Source of the DNA: Patescibacteria group bacterium
Lineage (GTDB): Bacteria > Patescibacteriota > Patescibacteriia > UBA10025 > JAHIVO01
Assembly: GCA_028718605.1 (NCBI GenBank)
Contig: JAQULM010000002.1
Coordinates: forward strand, 65,776-129,775
DNA: 64,000 bases
Direction: 5' to 3'
Numbering within the stretch: the first letter of the stretch is position 1; the number at the start of each line of letters is the position of its first letter. The notes beneath the pieces are model-generated. The model was not told where the DNA came from and did no database searches. It was given only the letters and a program-made list of their open reading frames with translations. Below, in pieces: positions 43,002-53,435 of the stretch. The translations under genes and the position numbers were made by a program.

Positions 43002-43700
43002 TTACGCTTCCGGCGCCGTATCTTTCGAAAATACTTTTTCCACGGTAACGGCCACGAGCATTATGAGCAGAATAATGAACGCATAACCGAGCCGCGCGCC
43101 GCCGGATGCGGACAGGAGCTTGCTGCCGAACGTCGTGAGAATGGACAGGTTGATGGCAAAACCGACGGTTATAATAAAGAGAAACCGGCGGTACTTCATA
43201 TCGGCAAGCCCGATGACGTAGCCAAACATGTCCAGTGGAAAAATCGGCACCGCGTACATCGCGAGCACGAGGAAACGGTTCCGGCGCAGGAATTTATCAT
43301 ACTTGGCAATAGTCCGCTCTTTGATAATCTTCTGCACGATCGGCCGGCCGAGCTTGCGCGCGATCCAGAACGAACATGTGGAACCGATAATATTCGCGAC
43401 CCAGACGTACAGCATTCCCGGCCATACGCCGTACAGCACGCCCGCGCCGATGGAAATGAACGTGCCCGGAAGGGGCGCGATTATTGACTCAATCACGACT
43501 GTCAGCATAAGCGCGAGCGGGCCGCTCGCACCGAAGCGGCTGACCCACTCAGTCACGTCGCTCTTGGTCGGCAATGAGGGATTCCATACCACGAAGGCAA
43601 GTACAAGTGCGAGAAAAACGCCGATAATGATAAGGTCCGTCTTCCATAAATCCTTATGGGTGCGGAATACCCGGTCGTATGCTGTATGGATAAAACTCAT
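43002..43700 (-). CDS. TVP38/TMEM64 (DedA/SNARE-associated) membrane protein
   Basis: IAPLPG...G.LYG..G..F.IAR.LGR, P.FP.D...Y..GL. Confidence 0.9.
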   Translation of the reverse strand: MSFIHTAYDRVFRTHKDLWKTDLIIIGVFLALVLAFVVWNPSLPTKSDVTEWVSRFGASGPLALMLTVVIESIIAPLPGTFISIGAGVLYGVWPGMLYVWVANIIGSTCSFWIARKLGRPIVQKIIKERTIAKYDKFLRRNRFLVLAMYAVPIFPLDMFGYVIGLADMKYRRFLFIITVGFAINLSILTTFGSKLLSASGGARLGYAFIILLIMLVAVTVEKVFSKDTAPEA

Positions 43701-43805
43701 GCGTATATTGTACCCTATTTTAATAAAAATAAAGAGTGGCATATGATAAACAGAATGCCAATTGGAGTGCTTTATAAAAATATCCCGACAAACACTTGAT
43801 TGCTG

Positions 43806-44978
43806 CTACCCGACAAGCGCGAGCCATCCGGGTTTGAACACAAGCACGATCCCGAGCAGCAGGATGACAATGCCGCCGATCAGCGTCGCGTATCGCGAAT
43901 ACTTGCCGCTCGTACCGACTGCTTTCGCCGTTACCATGGCAATAGCGAATACGATCATGTCGTCGAGCATGAAAATAATCACGTACAGCGCCAGGTACAG
44001 GTAGTACTGGAAACGCGACAAGTTGTTTAATGCAAGTACCTGGGTAAATATTGCGGGTAGGCCGACTGAACACGCAAGCTCAATCAAATTTACGATAAAT
44101 GCGACAACAATAATCGCGGGAATGGCGAGCCAGAGCGCGCGCGTCTGGACTGCCTTTTTTATGCGTTCAGTAATACTGCGGCGCTGTTCAACGTTCGTGG
44201 CCTCGCATTCCCCTGGTTTCATCTTCGTAAACCGGCGGATGTAGTACGCGCCAACGCCGAGCGCACATACGCCAATCAGTACCTGGACAAACCTGACCAT
44301 GCCGATAAAGTGGAAAAACTCCAGCCACGCGGCGAGAAAAACGAAATAAATAAAAGCAGACGCTCCGATAAATGTCAGCCCCAGGAGCCACATGCGCCGG
44401 CGGTTCTTCATCGGCAGCATCATGCTGATGAGGATGATAAGCACCCACATAGCGCACGGATTAAACCCGTCAATCGCGGCAACAACTGCGGTCATTCCGA
44501 CGATTGAAAACCTCGACAAATCAACCTGCCCGACAATTGGCAGCGTCACCAGGAGCGGATTCTCCTGCTCACACTTCATTTCCTCCAGGCACTGGTCGAT
44601 GATGCCCCGGATGCGGGAGCCAGTATCCGATTCGGTATTGAACCCGACAACCACCTCATCGCGGATAAATGTCGCCGGTACGCCAGTAATCGATTGGCCG
44701 GAATCTTTGATGAACTTGATAAAGAGGTCACGGTTTTCCGTACTCGATTGGATTTCGTACCTATTGATATGGATCTGGCTGCCGTACTCCTGCTCGAGTG
44801 TGTCCAAAAACGGCTCCTCTTTCGCACAGTGGGGGCACCCCTCGCGCCAAAAAAAATTGATCTCAAGTGGCTCCGCTGCCGCCCGCGTGATGGCAGGAAA
44901 CAGCGCACCAATAACGGCAGCTGAAACAACGAATACGATAATAAAATTTCGGAATGCTCTCATAGGAGGATGGTACAC
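43806..44978 (-). CDS. Thioredoxin/glutaredoxin domain fused to CcdA/DsbD-like membrane domain
   Basis: GCPHC, GVP, DGFNPCAMWVL, ELACS.GLP. Confidence 0.85.
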   Translation of the reverse strand: MYHPPMRAFRNFIIVFVVSAAVIGALFPAITRAAAEPLEINFFWREGCPHCAKEEPFLDTLEQEYGSQIHINRYEIQSSTENRDLFIKFIKDSGQSITGVPATFIRDEVVVGFNTESDTGSRIRGIIDQCLEEMKCEQENPLLVTLPIVGQVDLSRFSIVGMTAVVAAIDGFNPCAMWVLIILISMMLPMKNRRRMWLLGLTFIGASAFIYFVFLAAWLEFFHFIGMVRFVQVLIGVCALGVGAYYIRRFTKMKPGECEATNVEQRRSITERIKKAVQTRALWLAIPAIIVVAFIVNLIELACSVGLPAIFTQVLALNNLSRFQYYLYLALYVIIFMLDDMIVFAIAMVTAKAVGTSGKYSRYATLIGGIVILLLGIVLVFKPGWLALVG

Positions 44979-45100
44979 ATCATACAGGGTAATTCCGCCG
45001 GCTGCAATATGAGGAAATCAACTCCCGATCGGATGCAGATAAAAAAGGAAGCGGATGGCGACACGGACCACCCGCTTGGGGAAAATATGATCAATTCCTC

Positions 45101-45637
45101 CTATCCTTGAGGCGCTTCGGCGTCTCCAGCCGGCAATCCGTGCACTGCAAGCTGGCGGTTGCGGTACCGCTTGTCATACGTTACCTCTCTGATGATCGGC
45201 CAGTCAGCGGGTGGTACGAAGGCATTTGCGGCTTGTTCAGACTCGAATTCAATCTCGAGTATGAAGAGTCCGGCAAGGCTGCCCTGGAACACGTCCACTT
45301 CGAATGTGAGGTTGCCGACACGTATGGAGTACCGGTACTTTTCCAGGCGCCTGCCCTGAGTCAACGGCCAATCAGTGCAGAACACCCACCGCGGGATCTC
45401 GGTTTCCCATTCCCGGCGGCTCAACTGGCCGCCGTTCTTCACCGTCATGAAGTACTCGTAACGATAGCGCTTTGGGCCCTTGGTGCCGCATTGCCGTAAC
45501 CGCGGAGCGCTTTTTCCATCCAGATACCCCTGGCGGATAAGAATTCCGGGATCGCCCCCTATGCATCCTGGCACCTCGCTGAGCACAAATTTGCGCTCAA
45601 CTTCCATATGGCTTGCGCCACCGAGATTCGTTTTCAA
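45101..45637 (-). CDS. CYTH-domain protein
   Basis: EVERKF, IRQGYL, RLR, KYRY, EVDVF, EIEF, EVT.D.RY.N; an ATG at 45607 is an alternative start. Confidence 0.9.
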   Translation of the reverse strand: MKTNLGGASHMEVERKFVLSEVPGCIGGDPGILIRQGYLDGKSAPRLRQCGTKGPKRYRYEYFMTVKNGGQLSRREWETEIPRWVFCTDWPLTQGRRLEKYRYSIRVGNLTFEVDVFQGSLAGLFILEIEFESEQAANAFVPPADWPIIREVTYDKRYRNRQLAVHGLPAGDAEAPQG

Positions 45638-45743
45638 TCAAACACCTCCTTACTCCTCTACAAGAACACGTGACTCAATTGAATGCTGAATGGTACCAAA
45701 AAACTGCACTCATGTCAAGCGAGTAGCTTCTTCTTGCCGCTTA

Positions 45744-46412
45744 TTACTGGTGCACAATCCGACCGTCTCGCATCTCGATGGTACGCTGGGCGTGTTTCGC
45801 GATATCCAACGCATGGGTAACGACAATCAGTGTCACCCCTTTTTCGCGATTAAGCTTTTCGAGGATGTCCATGATTTGCAGGCCTGCTTTTGTGTCCACG
45901 TCACCAGTCGGCTCATCGCCGAGGATGACAAGAGGATCGTTTGCGAGAGCACGGGCGATTGCGACGCGCTGGCGCTCACCGCCGGACATACGAGTCGGGC
46001 GTTTGCCAGCAAGGTGCCCGACACCGATAAGCTCGAGGAGTAACCGGGCTTTTGCCTCCTTGGCTGACGCGGATCCGGAGATTTCATGCATCGGGATAAT
46101 AACATTCTCCAGTGCGGTCAGCTGCGGAAGGAGGTTATGGAGCTGAAAAATGAAGCCAACTTTGTGGCTTCGCACCTCGTCCAAAGCAGCGAAAGTTGCA
46201 AGATCGGCGCCGTCCAAGAAGACCTGGCCGGACGTCGGCCGGTCTAACGCCGATATCATATTGAGGAGTGTTGATTTGCCGCACCCGGACGGGCCAATAA
46301 TCGAGATGTATTCACCTCGGCGTATGGAAATATCAACACCGTCCAAGGCCTTCACCCGGCCCTCCTCGAAGTATTTTTTCAGATCGTGAGTTTCGATAAT
46401 GGAATCGTTCAT
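45744..46412 (-). CDS. ABC exporter ATP-binding protein (LolD/MacB-like)
   Basis: GPSGCGKST, MSGGERQRV, DEPTG, VTH. Confidence 0.94.
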   Translation of the reverse strand: MNDSIIETHDLKKYFEEGRVKALDGVDISIRRGEYISIIGPSGCGKSTLLNMISALDRPTSGQVFLDGADLATFAALDEVRSHKVGFIFQLHNLLPQLTALENVIIPMHEISGSASAKEAKARLLLELIGVGHLAGKRPTRMSGGERQRVAIARALANDPLVILGDEPTGDVDTKAGLQIMDILEKLNREKGVTLIVVTHALDIAKHAQRTIEMRDGRIVHQ

Positions 46413-46418
46413 ATGCGT

Positions 46419-47531
46419 TTACTCGTAGCGCAACGCTTCCATCGGGGAAAAACGCGACGCACGGTATGCGGGGTAGAGAGCGCCGAGAATAACGACAACG
46501 ACGGCGACCAGCAGTGCTTGCAGGAAAATTTCAGCTTCCATGGTGATGTCCAGCCAGGATTTTGCCATATTGGTCTGCATCATCAGCCAGACGACCCCGA
46601 GCCCGAGAGCGATACCGATAATGGCAGCCCCCAGCGAAATGACGATCGCCTCGCCGAGAATCATGGCCATCACCCGCCTCCGCTTCCAGCCGACGGCGCG
46701 CAGCACTCCGATTTCCCGCGTACGTTCGAATACCGACATGATAATCGTGTTCATAACGCCAATGCCGCCGATGACCATAGCAAGGACGGAAATCGCCCAC
46801 GATACGGAATCAATAATGCTCAAACCTTGGTCCAGGGAACCGAAATCATCCATGTCGACCACGCATAAGAGCGCAGTATCTCGTGCTTCGACAGCGTCTG
46901 CCACAGCCCGCGGATCCAACCCCGGATTGATATTGACCATTGCCATGCTGACCTGATTATCGGTATAAGAATTCAAGCGCTGAGTTTCCGCGATTGTCGT
47001 CGCAGCGCCGCCATCCTGCATTGTCACGCCGGACTCAAAAATGCCAACAATCGCATAATCCTTATTATTGAGCACAATAGTGTCTCCGACTTTCAGGTTA
47101 TAGTTTTTTGCGGCAATGCGCCCAATGGCAACCTCGTCGCCGTTTCGGTATATCCGCCCGTCGGTAATCCGTGCACCGAGGAGATCAAGGTCATTCGGGT
47201 CAATTCCGCCCAGAATAAAGTAAGGATTACCAGTGAACGGCGCGAGGGACATAACATATGGGACGACGGACTCGACACCCTCGGTATTACGCACGGTCTG
47301 GAGTTGCTCCCGGGTAACGACGCTCAGTATCATGTCGGCAACGTCTGCTTTTGCAACGGTAAAATCCGCCTTCCCCGGTTTAAAGGCCGTAGACATGCTG
47401 TTTGTCAGCCCGTTCGAAACCATACCGAAGATAATGATCGTCGCGATGCCGATGCTAATGCCGACGATGGTCAGGATAGTCCGCGTCTTGCGATTGAACA
47501 GATTTTTTATGATGAGGCGTAGAAAAAGCAT
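46419..47531 (-). CDS. ABC exporter permease (FtsX/MacB-like)
   Basis: RT.LT..GI.IG, NT..MSV.ERTREIG.LRA.G, PA.RA...P.EALRYE. Confidence 0.93.
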   Translation of the reverse strand: MLFLRLIIKNLFNRKTRTILTIVGISIGIATIIIFGMVSNGLTNSMSTAFKPGKADFTVAKADVADMILSVVTREQLQTVRNTEGVESVVPYVMSLAPFTGNPYFILGGIDPNDLDLLGARITDGRIYRNGDEVAIGRIAAKNYNLKVGDTIVLNNKDYAIVGIFESGVTMQDGGAATTIAETQRLNSYTDNQVSMAMVNINPGLDPRAVADAVEARDTALLCVVDMDDFGSLDQGLSIIDSVSWAISVLAMVIGGIGVMNTIIMSVFERTREIGVLRAVGWKRRRVMAMILGEAIVISLGAAIIGIALGLGVVWLMMQTNMAKSWLDITMEAEIFLQALLVAVVVVILGALYPAYRASRFSPMEALRYE

Positions 47532-47624
47532 ATGTAGTATTGCAATACAGTATAGTAAAAAAGCTAAGTACAACAATCATAATTTCGCTTTATTCTCCCA
47601 GTTTTCTCGGTCATAACAAAATTT

Positions 47625-48194
47625 TCAACTTATCGCGATCATCCGCCGATACAATAGTACCGCGCGGTCCCGCACGGGTAGCCTGGTGTTCCTGGTCTGG
47701 CGCTTGACGAATGCGGTGATTTGTTTGGAAGATTTCAACGTCTCATCATCAAAACCGGCGAACACGTCAAGCAAATGCCCTATCACGATATTGCCGCATT
47801 CAGGCGACGGCTTCCCTTTATTGTAGTACATAACTTTTTCCACCCCGAGTAAAGCTTTGAGAATCTTGCTTCGTAATCGCGGCTTATGCGCGGCGATTTT
47901 ACCCAATGCATTCACTGCATTACTTGCGGTGATCAGTGACGGGGCTTTGGTAAAGCGCAGTAACCGGGGCACCAGTTTCGTTATCCGGCCTTGGGCATCT
48001 GCGGCCGAAAGATTGCCGATGACAATCAAACCGGTCCAGCGGAGCACGTTGTTTTCTCCGTCCAGCAACCGGACAAAGGTATTCAACTGTGGGTACAGCG
48101 TTTGGGGATTCTTTTCTGAAACGGCGATCGCCCGCTTCGCACAATGATACTTAATTTCCGGTTTGTCTGATTTGAAATCGTGTAAATTAATCAT
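47625..48194 (-). CDS. Hypothetical HEAT-repeat-like protein
   Basis: Amphipathic helical repeats, 189 aa, in gene orientation. Confidence 0.65.
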   Translation of the reverse strand: MINLHDFKSDKPEIKYHCAKRAIAVSEKNPQTLYPQLNTFVRLLDGENNVLRWTGLIVIGNLSAADAQGRITKLVPRLLRFTKAPSLITASNAVNALGKIAAHKPRLRSKILKALLGVEKVMYYNKGKPSPECGNIVIGHLLDVFAGFDDETLKSSKQITAFVKRQTRNTRLPVRDRAVLLYRRMIAIS

Positions 48195-48270
48195 ACGCGC
48201 AATGGCTTCCTCGTTAAGTACGACAGAAACAATATTTATATTGTAAATCCATTTTTATTTTTAAACAAGT

Positions 48271-48300
48271 AAAAACTTCGCAGGTACCTGCGAAGTTTTT
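48271..48300. terminator. Bidirectional intrinsic terminator
   Basis: AAAAACTTCGCAGGTACCTGCGAAGTTTTT perfect palindrome. Confidence 0.8.
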
Positions 48301-48323
48301 ATTAGATACAACGATGGTAATTG

Positions 48324-49775
48324 CTATTCGTACCGGAGCGCATCAACAGGGTTCAGGCGGCTGGAACGGACTGCCGGCCCCAAGCCTGACAGCAATCCGA
48401 TGACTGTGGTAAATGCGAGGACGCCGACGATAAGCCACCAGGGAAACGAAGCCACTTTATCGAACGGCAGGTCAATAGACGAAGCGTATTTGTCAGCAAT
48501 AATGTTTGCCGCCTTCCCAATCCCATAACTCAATGCCAGCCCAAAAACTCCGCCGATAAATCCGAGGAGCGCCGCCTCAAACGTGAACAGCCGGCGAATG
48601 GTTTTTCTGGTTGCGCCGCACGCCCGCATGACGCCAATTTCACGGATCCGTTCGTAGCCGGCCATGACCATCGTATTGATAATGCCGATTGCCGCGACAA
48701 AGAGTGAGATGCCGCCAATGGCACCGAAAACAGCGCCGATTGCCATGAGCATGTTGTTGGTTTCATCCAACATGTCCTGCGCGGTGGAAACGCCATAGCC
48801 CAGCTTGCTAATAGCGTCGGAGACGCCTTTTATATTACTCGTATCGTCCGTTTTCAGGATAATAGAACCATAGCCATTCTTCGCAGAATCGTCGTTTTTA
48901 ACCAATACCTGTGTTCCACTGCAATCCTTTTCGGGACCCCGATAGGTCTTGTCTTTCATTGCCTGCTGTTCCTCCTGGGAACAGCTGCTCTGCCATTCCC
49001 ATCGTACGTGTGTCATGAGCTTTCTCGCCCACGCGATGTTGATATAGTTTTGGCTGCTGTCAAATGTGCTGCTCTTGGCAACGCCGACAATTTCCGCATT
49101 AATTTCAATTATCTTTTTCTGCTGCTCCTCCCAATACGCCTTATCATCGCCCTCGAGGGGTTTTTCCGGGGTCAAGCCGCCCCAGTCGGGAATATCCCCT
49201 CCCTGGAACATTAAAACAACGTTCTTGCCAAGGAGGTTTTCCGGATTTCCGCTCGAGCCATACGTCTTGGCGAATTCCGTACTCACGATTATTTTGTCCA
49301 TGTCCTCGCCGGTCAGGTTGCGCCCTGCCGCAAGCGGCATATTGAAAACCTTAGTTTCTGGATCATATGAAATGAGATTGGCCCACATCTTTTTATCCTG
49401 GCCCTCCAACTTCATATTCTTGATCCACAGGCCAGATCCGATCGGGGTAGCATCAGCGACGTGGGGCAGGGCTTTCAGCGTCGCCACGGTCGTATCGTCA
49501 AGTATTTTGCCGCTCTCATCGCTCCCGCCCGTATCCCCGCGGATCAAGCCGCTTCCGCTGTCAGCAGCGTTCGGATCCGGTGTAACGGTAACGAGCGTAA
49601 AAGCATCCATACTCGCAAAGAAGTCCTGGACAGACTGCCGGATCGTCACCAGCAGCGACACCATGAGAATAATCGACAGCGAGCCGATGGTAATCGCGAC
49701 AATTGTTAAAAACGTCCTGACTTTGTGCCGGACAAGGTTTTTAAATGCGCTTCGGAAATAATCAAGGAATCTCAT
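48324..49775 (-). CDS. ABC exporter permease (MacB-like)
   Basis: RT.LT..AI.IG, GI.NTM..ER.REIG.MRA.GA, P.DALRYE. Confidence 0.93.
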   Translation of the reverse strand: MRFLDYFRSAFKNLVRHKVRTFLTIVAITIGSLSIILMVSLLVTIRQSVQDFFASMDAFTLVTVTPDPNAADSGSGLIRGDTGGSDESGKILDDTTVATLKALPHVADATPIGSGLWIKNMKLEGQDKKMWANLISYDPETKVFNMPLAAGRNLTGEDMDKIIVSTEFAKTYGSSGNPENLLGKNVVLMFQGGDIPDWGGLTPEKPLEGDDKAYWEEQQKKIIEINAEIVGVAKSSTFDSSQNYINIAWARKLMTHVRWEWQSSCSQEEQQAMKDKTYRGPEKDCSGTQVLVKNDDSAKNGYGSIILKTDDTSNIKGVSDAISKLGYGVSTAQDMLDETNNMLMAIGAVFGAIGGISLFVAAIGIINTMVMAGYERIREIGVMRACGATRKTIRRLFTFEAALLGFIGGVFGLALSYGIGKAANIIADKYASSIDLPFDKVASFPWWLIVGVLAFTTVIGLLSGLGPAVRSSRLNPVDALRYE

Positions 49776-49781
49776 ACTGAA

Positions 49782-50444
49782 TTATTTTACTTTGCCGTCA
49801 GTAATCGTCAGTTTCTTTTTTGCCTGCACGGCAACGTTCGGATCGTGGGTAATGACAATAATTGTGACGCCGAGTTCTTTGTTCAGGTGCTTCAAGATAT
49901 CAACAATTTCAGCGCTCTTTTTTGTGTCCAAGTTGCCGGTCGGTTCATCTGCGATTATAATACGGGGGTTATTCGCCAACGCCCGTGCAATGCACACCCG
50001 CTGCCGCTGGCCGCCTGACAGCTGGGTTGGCCGGTGGTTCATGCGATCGCCGAGCCCAACCGCCTTGAGGCATTCGGTCGCGTGCTTCTTCCGTTCGGAT
50101 AATTTGACTTTTGCGAAAACGAGCGGCACCATTACATTTTCGAGTGCCGTGTAATTCGGCTGAAGGTTAAAATTTTGGAACACAAACCCAACCATCTTAT
50201 TGCGATAGTGGGAGAGCGCCTTGTCGTTTGCTTTCGCAAGGCTTTGGCCGTCAACGAAAACGTCGCCATCGTCCGGCGTATCAAGGCCGCCGATGACGTT
50301 TGCGAGCGTTGATTTACCCGAACCAGACGGTCCTGTAACAGCGATAAAATCACCGTCATCAACATCCAGGGTGACACGGTCAAGCGCGTGTATCTTCTCG
50401 CCGCCGAGCTCGTATATCTTTGATACTTGCTTGAGTTGTATCAT
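49782..50444 (-). CDS. ABC exporter ATP-binding protein
   Basis: GPSGSGKST, LSGGQRQRV, ADEPTGNLD, ITHD. Confidence 0.94.
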   Translation of the reverse strand: MIQLKQVSKIYELGGEKIHALDRVTLDVDDGDFIAVTGPSGSGKSTLANVIGGLDTPDDGDVFVDGQSLAKANDKALSHYRNKMVGFVFQNFNLQPNYTALENVMVPLVFAKVKLSERKKHATECLKAVGLGDRMNHRPTQLSGGQRQRVCIARALANNPRIIIADEPTGNLDTKKSAEIVDILKHLNKELGVTIIVITHDPNVAVQAKKKLTITDGKVK

Positions 50445-50514
50445 TCGCTCGTTTTTAATTTTGGTGTTTGTTTGATTGTATTATAGCATGATTCCACGAA
50501 AAAAACAAGGCTTC

Positions 50515-51012
50515 CTAACATCGATGCGCTGCTAAAAATTTTTCAAATTGCGTATCAGGATACAGGTAGTGCCAGATTGATCCCCTCGTGGAAAAAAACT
50601 TCAAAATGGGCGTGAGAAAATTAATATACACGCGCGCATTTTGTTCGCCCGACCATTCATAAATTCCCAAATAGTCTTTCGTCTTCGGATCCACCATCCA
50701 AAGTTTCACCCTGAACCCACGGAAGCCGCTCCAAAACGGCGTTGTTAGGATGCACACGCGCTGGAACAGCCAATGAAAAAACGGATTGGAGCCGATGAGC
50801 TTGAGGCGGAAACCGAACACAAGCACGGCTGACGCATCCTGCGTGCGAGGCAGCTGCGACACTGTTTCGCGGAATATAGTATACGTGCCGTACGGAGAAA
50901 CACTATACAGAGTACCAATCCTGTCGTGCCGCAGCTCCATCTGCCACGCCATGGTGGTCATAAAACAGAGGCACGAGAAAAAAGTTTGTTTGAGAAGAGA
51001 CACCGTGGTCAT
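50515..51012 (-). CDS. Hypothetical protein, YdhR-like dimeric alpha/beta barrel
   Basis: GF..KLW......Y.GIYEW. Confidence 0.6.
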   Translation of the reverse strand: MTTVSLLKQTFFSCLCFMTTMAWQMELRHDRIGTLYSVSPYGTYTIFRETVSQLPRTQDASAVLVFGFRLKLIGSNPFFHWLFQRVCILTTPFWSGFRGFRVKLWMVDPKTKDYLGIYEWSGEQNARVYINFLTPILKFFSTRGSIWHYLYPDTQFEKFLAAHRC

Positions 51013-51021
51013 TATTTACCT

Positions 51022-51477
51022 TTATTCTTTCCAGCGGTACTTTCGTTTTTTCGCTTTCAAGACATCCAGCTGGCACGAGTAGCACAAACCATTATGGCAG
51101 CAAATGGTCCCACCGCACTTCTTGCAGGTCCATTTCTTCCGTTGGTCAGCGAGAAATGCTCTCATCCCCTTGTGTTTTATATACTTCAAGTTTTCGAGCA
51201 TGCTCATGTGGTAATGGGCACGGTACCGCTTGTCTATGTGCTCCAAACGGTCGCATGGGCACGTGTCGCAGTGGAAACAATACGCCCAGCCATTGCGCAG
51301 ACGCTTCGGGCATTTTTTAATCAAACAGTACACACAACTTGCAGGCTTGTTTTTGTTTTTAAAAAGGCAGCCCGGGCATTTATTCTTTTCGCGTAAATAC
51401 GCGGCGCAGATGGCGCAGTTCATACCGCAGGGCGCGATGAGTTGTTTCGTGATGGGCATTATATTGGCATGCACCAT
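51022..51477 (-). CDS. DUF3795 Cys-rich protein
   Basis: APCG.NC..C..C.GC..C.I..C..C..C...PC; C-terminal C..CG. Confidence 0.85.
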   Translation of the reverse strand: MVHANIMPITKQLIAPCGMNCAICAAYLREKNKCPGCLFKNKNKPASCVYCLIKKCPKRLRNGWAYCFHCDTCPCDRLEHIDKRYRAHYHMSMLENLKYIKHKGMRAFLADQRKKWTCKKCGGTICCHNGLCYSCQLDVLKAKKRKYRWKE

Positions 51478-51493
51478 TATTCTAAAGTCCTAA

Positions 51494-51844
51494 CTATAGT
51501 ACTACCCGCCACAACACCAATAACCATCCGGCAACCATAATCGGGGTGAACAGATGTTTATTGTATTTTGCCAGCCAGCGTGGCAGGTAAATGTCGAAAT
51601 TCGGCGAACGGTCCTCCGTGTACCGCGCGGCAATCGGAGTGAGCGGGCACGTCCATTTATTTACAAGGATAACGATTGCTTCGCCAATGGAAAGTGCAAC
51701 GCCGATCCAGGTAAATACATTTATCTGGCCAATGGCAGCCGAATAAACCATATATACTATCGACGGGCCGATGATAAGCCAAACCAGCGTATGGAGCAGT
51801 TTGATGGCGGTTAATTTTTGCATCATCATAGGTTTCATGAACAC
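51494..51844 (-). CDS. Conserved hypothetical membrane protein
   Basis: IK..HT..W, CPLT..A..Y, FDIYLP.WLA. Confidence 0.7.
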   Translation of the reverse strand: MFMKPMMMQKLTAIKLLHTLVWLIIGPSIVYMVYSAAIGQINVFTWIGVALSIGEAIVILVNKWTCPLTPIAARYTEDRSPNFDIYLPRWLAKYNKHLFTPIMVAGWLLVLWRVVL

Positions 51845-51917
51845 ATTGTAACCTGACCGAAATCCAATAACAAGAGGCGCAAGAGCGCACGCAGAAGCGC
51901 CTGTACTTGGAAAAAAA

Positions 51918-52178
51918 TCACCCGCATCTACTCTTTTGGGCGTCGATGATTCTCGCTTTCCCTGCCCGCGGCAGTTTTTTAATGCGCGCTTCCTCGCGTG
52001 AAGCAGCGGACCGCGTACGGTATTTCCGCATGTAGACGACTCTCACCGGCCCCCTGCCTCTCGTATACTTCGCGCCGCGCATCGACGCACGGTGCTCCGC
52101 CACCCGGCGCGCAAGGTCAGTCGTAATGCCGGTGTACAATGTTTTGTCTTTGCATTTCAGAATGTAGAGGGTGTACAT
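51918..52178 (-). CDS. GIY-YIG nuclease, UPF0213/YhbQ-like
   Basis: YIL.C.D.TLYTGIT.D..RR..EH..GAKYTR.R.P, E..IKKL. Confidence 0.92.
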   Translation of the reverse strand: MYTLYILKCKDKTLYTGITTDLARRVAEHRASMRGAKYTRGRGPVRVVYMRKYRTRSAASREEARIKKLPRAGKARIIDAQKSRCG

Positions 52179-52253
52179 AATACTATCGTATCATGAAGCG
52201 CTGAGAAATCGCCAGCTGCCAGTTGCACGAAAATGCATTATACGGTACAGTAA

Positions 52254-52580
52254 CCCAACGGCAAACCAATTGACCTCGTCGTGGTCAACCTGTACCCGTT
52301 CCAGGAAACGCTCAAAAAGCCCGGCGTCACGCATGCCGAGCTGGTCGAAAAGATCGACATCGGCGGCCCAACCTGGCTCCGAGCAGGAGGCAAGAACTAC
52401 CTCGACGTGACCGTACTCTCGTCACCCGCTGACTACCAGCTGTTTATCGACGAGATGAGAGAGCACGGCGGCCAGACCACCCTGAAATTCAGGGGGGAAT
52501 GCGCTGCGAGGACATTCGCCCTGGTTCGCGAGTATGATGAGGCAATCGCCAACTACTTCGCTTCCCGTGTGGCAGGGTAG
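52254..52580 (+). pseudogene. purH: purH fragment (second half of the IMP cyclohydrolase domain)
   Basis: PIDLVVVNLYPF, IDIGGP..R...KN, YD.AI..YF; in-frame stop at 52251; no transformylase domain. Confidence 0.75.
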
Positions 52581-52724
52581 TAAACCATTTCGCCGAGTAC
52601 GAAATGCAGGACCGCCGGTTACGTATGACTGGCGGTTCTTTTTTTAATTTATTAAAATGGACATAATTCAAGCGGGTGCAAACTGCATCCGCTTGATACT
52701 GCTTTGATTCGCTGATTGGGTAAG

Positions 52725-53312
52725 CTACACGAAGACGTGTATAAGCCGAAATACGAACAGGATCACTCCGTATACGAATACATACCTCAGTGCCACTTTA
52801 AAAATATGGGCATTGATATACCCCGCCTCGTCATTGGTTGGCCATACCCCGAGTGAACAGTTCGCGCCCCGGCCATTAATGCCCCCAATGACGCTGCTGA
52901 TACCCATAAACAGGAGAATTGTTGTGGCAACAGCGCGCCACATTGAGAATCCCACGGGCGCAGCGATCGGGTCCATGATGATTTCCCCCATCTCATTGAG
53001 GGCAGCGAACGCCGCGATCGGAATGAAAAGCCACTCGAAGAACTTGCCTTTCACATGGGGTCCCCAGCCGCGGAAAACCATCCCGCTGATAAAGATAAAG
53101 AGGGACGCCACGTAAAAATACCGCAACACGCTCCACGCCGCGATGATCGTTCCGGCATCACCTGTCGGATGGCGCAGATAGAGTACGAAGACGCCAATTG
53201 ACATGACCACTTCCACAAACACCAGAATGCGTAGGACTTTTGCATACCAGCGCAGGTCACCGTCGACCATCTCCTTCGAGTACGCACCGTGCTCATCACG
53301 AAATATTCCCAT
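52725..53312 (-). CDS. Hypothetical polytopic membrane protein
   Basis: GAGGTG RBS, about 5 TM segments. Confidence 0.7.
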   Translation of the reverse strand: MGIFRDEHGAYSKEMVDGDLRWYAKVLRILVFVEVVMSIGVFVLYLRHPTGDAGTIIAAWSVLRYFYVASLFIFISGMVFRGWGPHVKGKFFEWLFIPIAAFAALNEMGEIIMDPIAAPVGFSMWRAVATTILLFMGISSVIGGINGRGANCSLGVWPTNDEAGYINAHIFKVALRYVFVYGVILFVFRLIHVFV

Positions 53313-53435
53313 TGCTACACCTCGCTTTGTATTGAACTGTTTCGCTATTCTTGTTTATTTTCAATACACCTTAACACGGCAACCGAAATACTACAAGGGG
53401 AGTATTTGCTGCCATGCCGAACCCAACCCCCGCTT

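Noticed and set aside
42915-43487. 190-aa plus-strand ORF
   Set aside because: Antisense to the TVP38 gene and the Asn leader; no motif.
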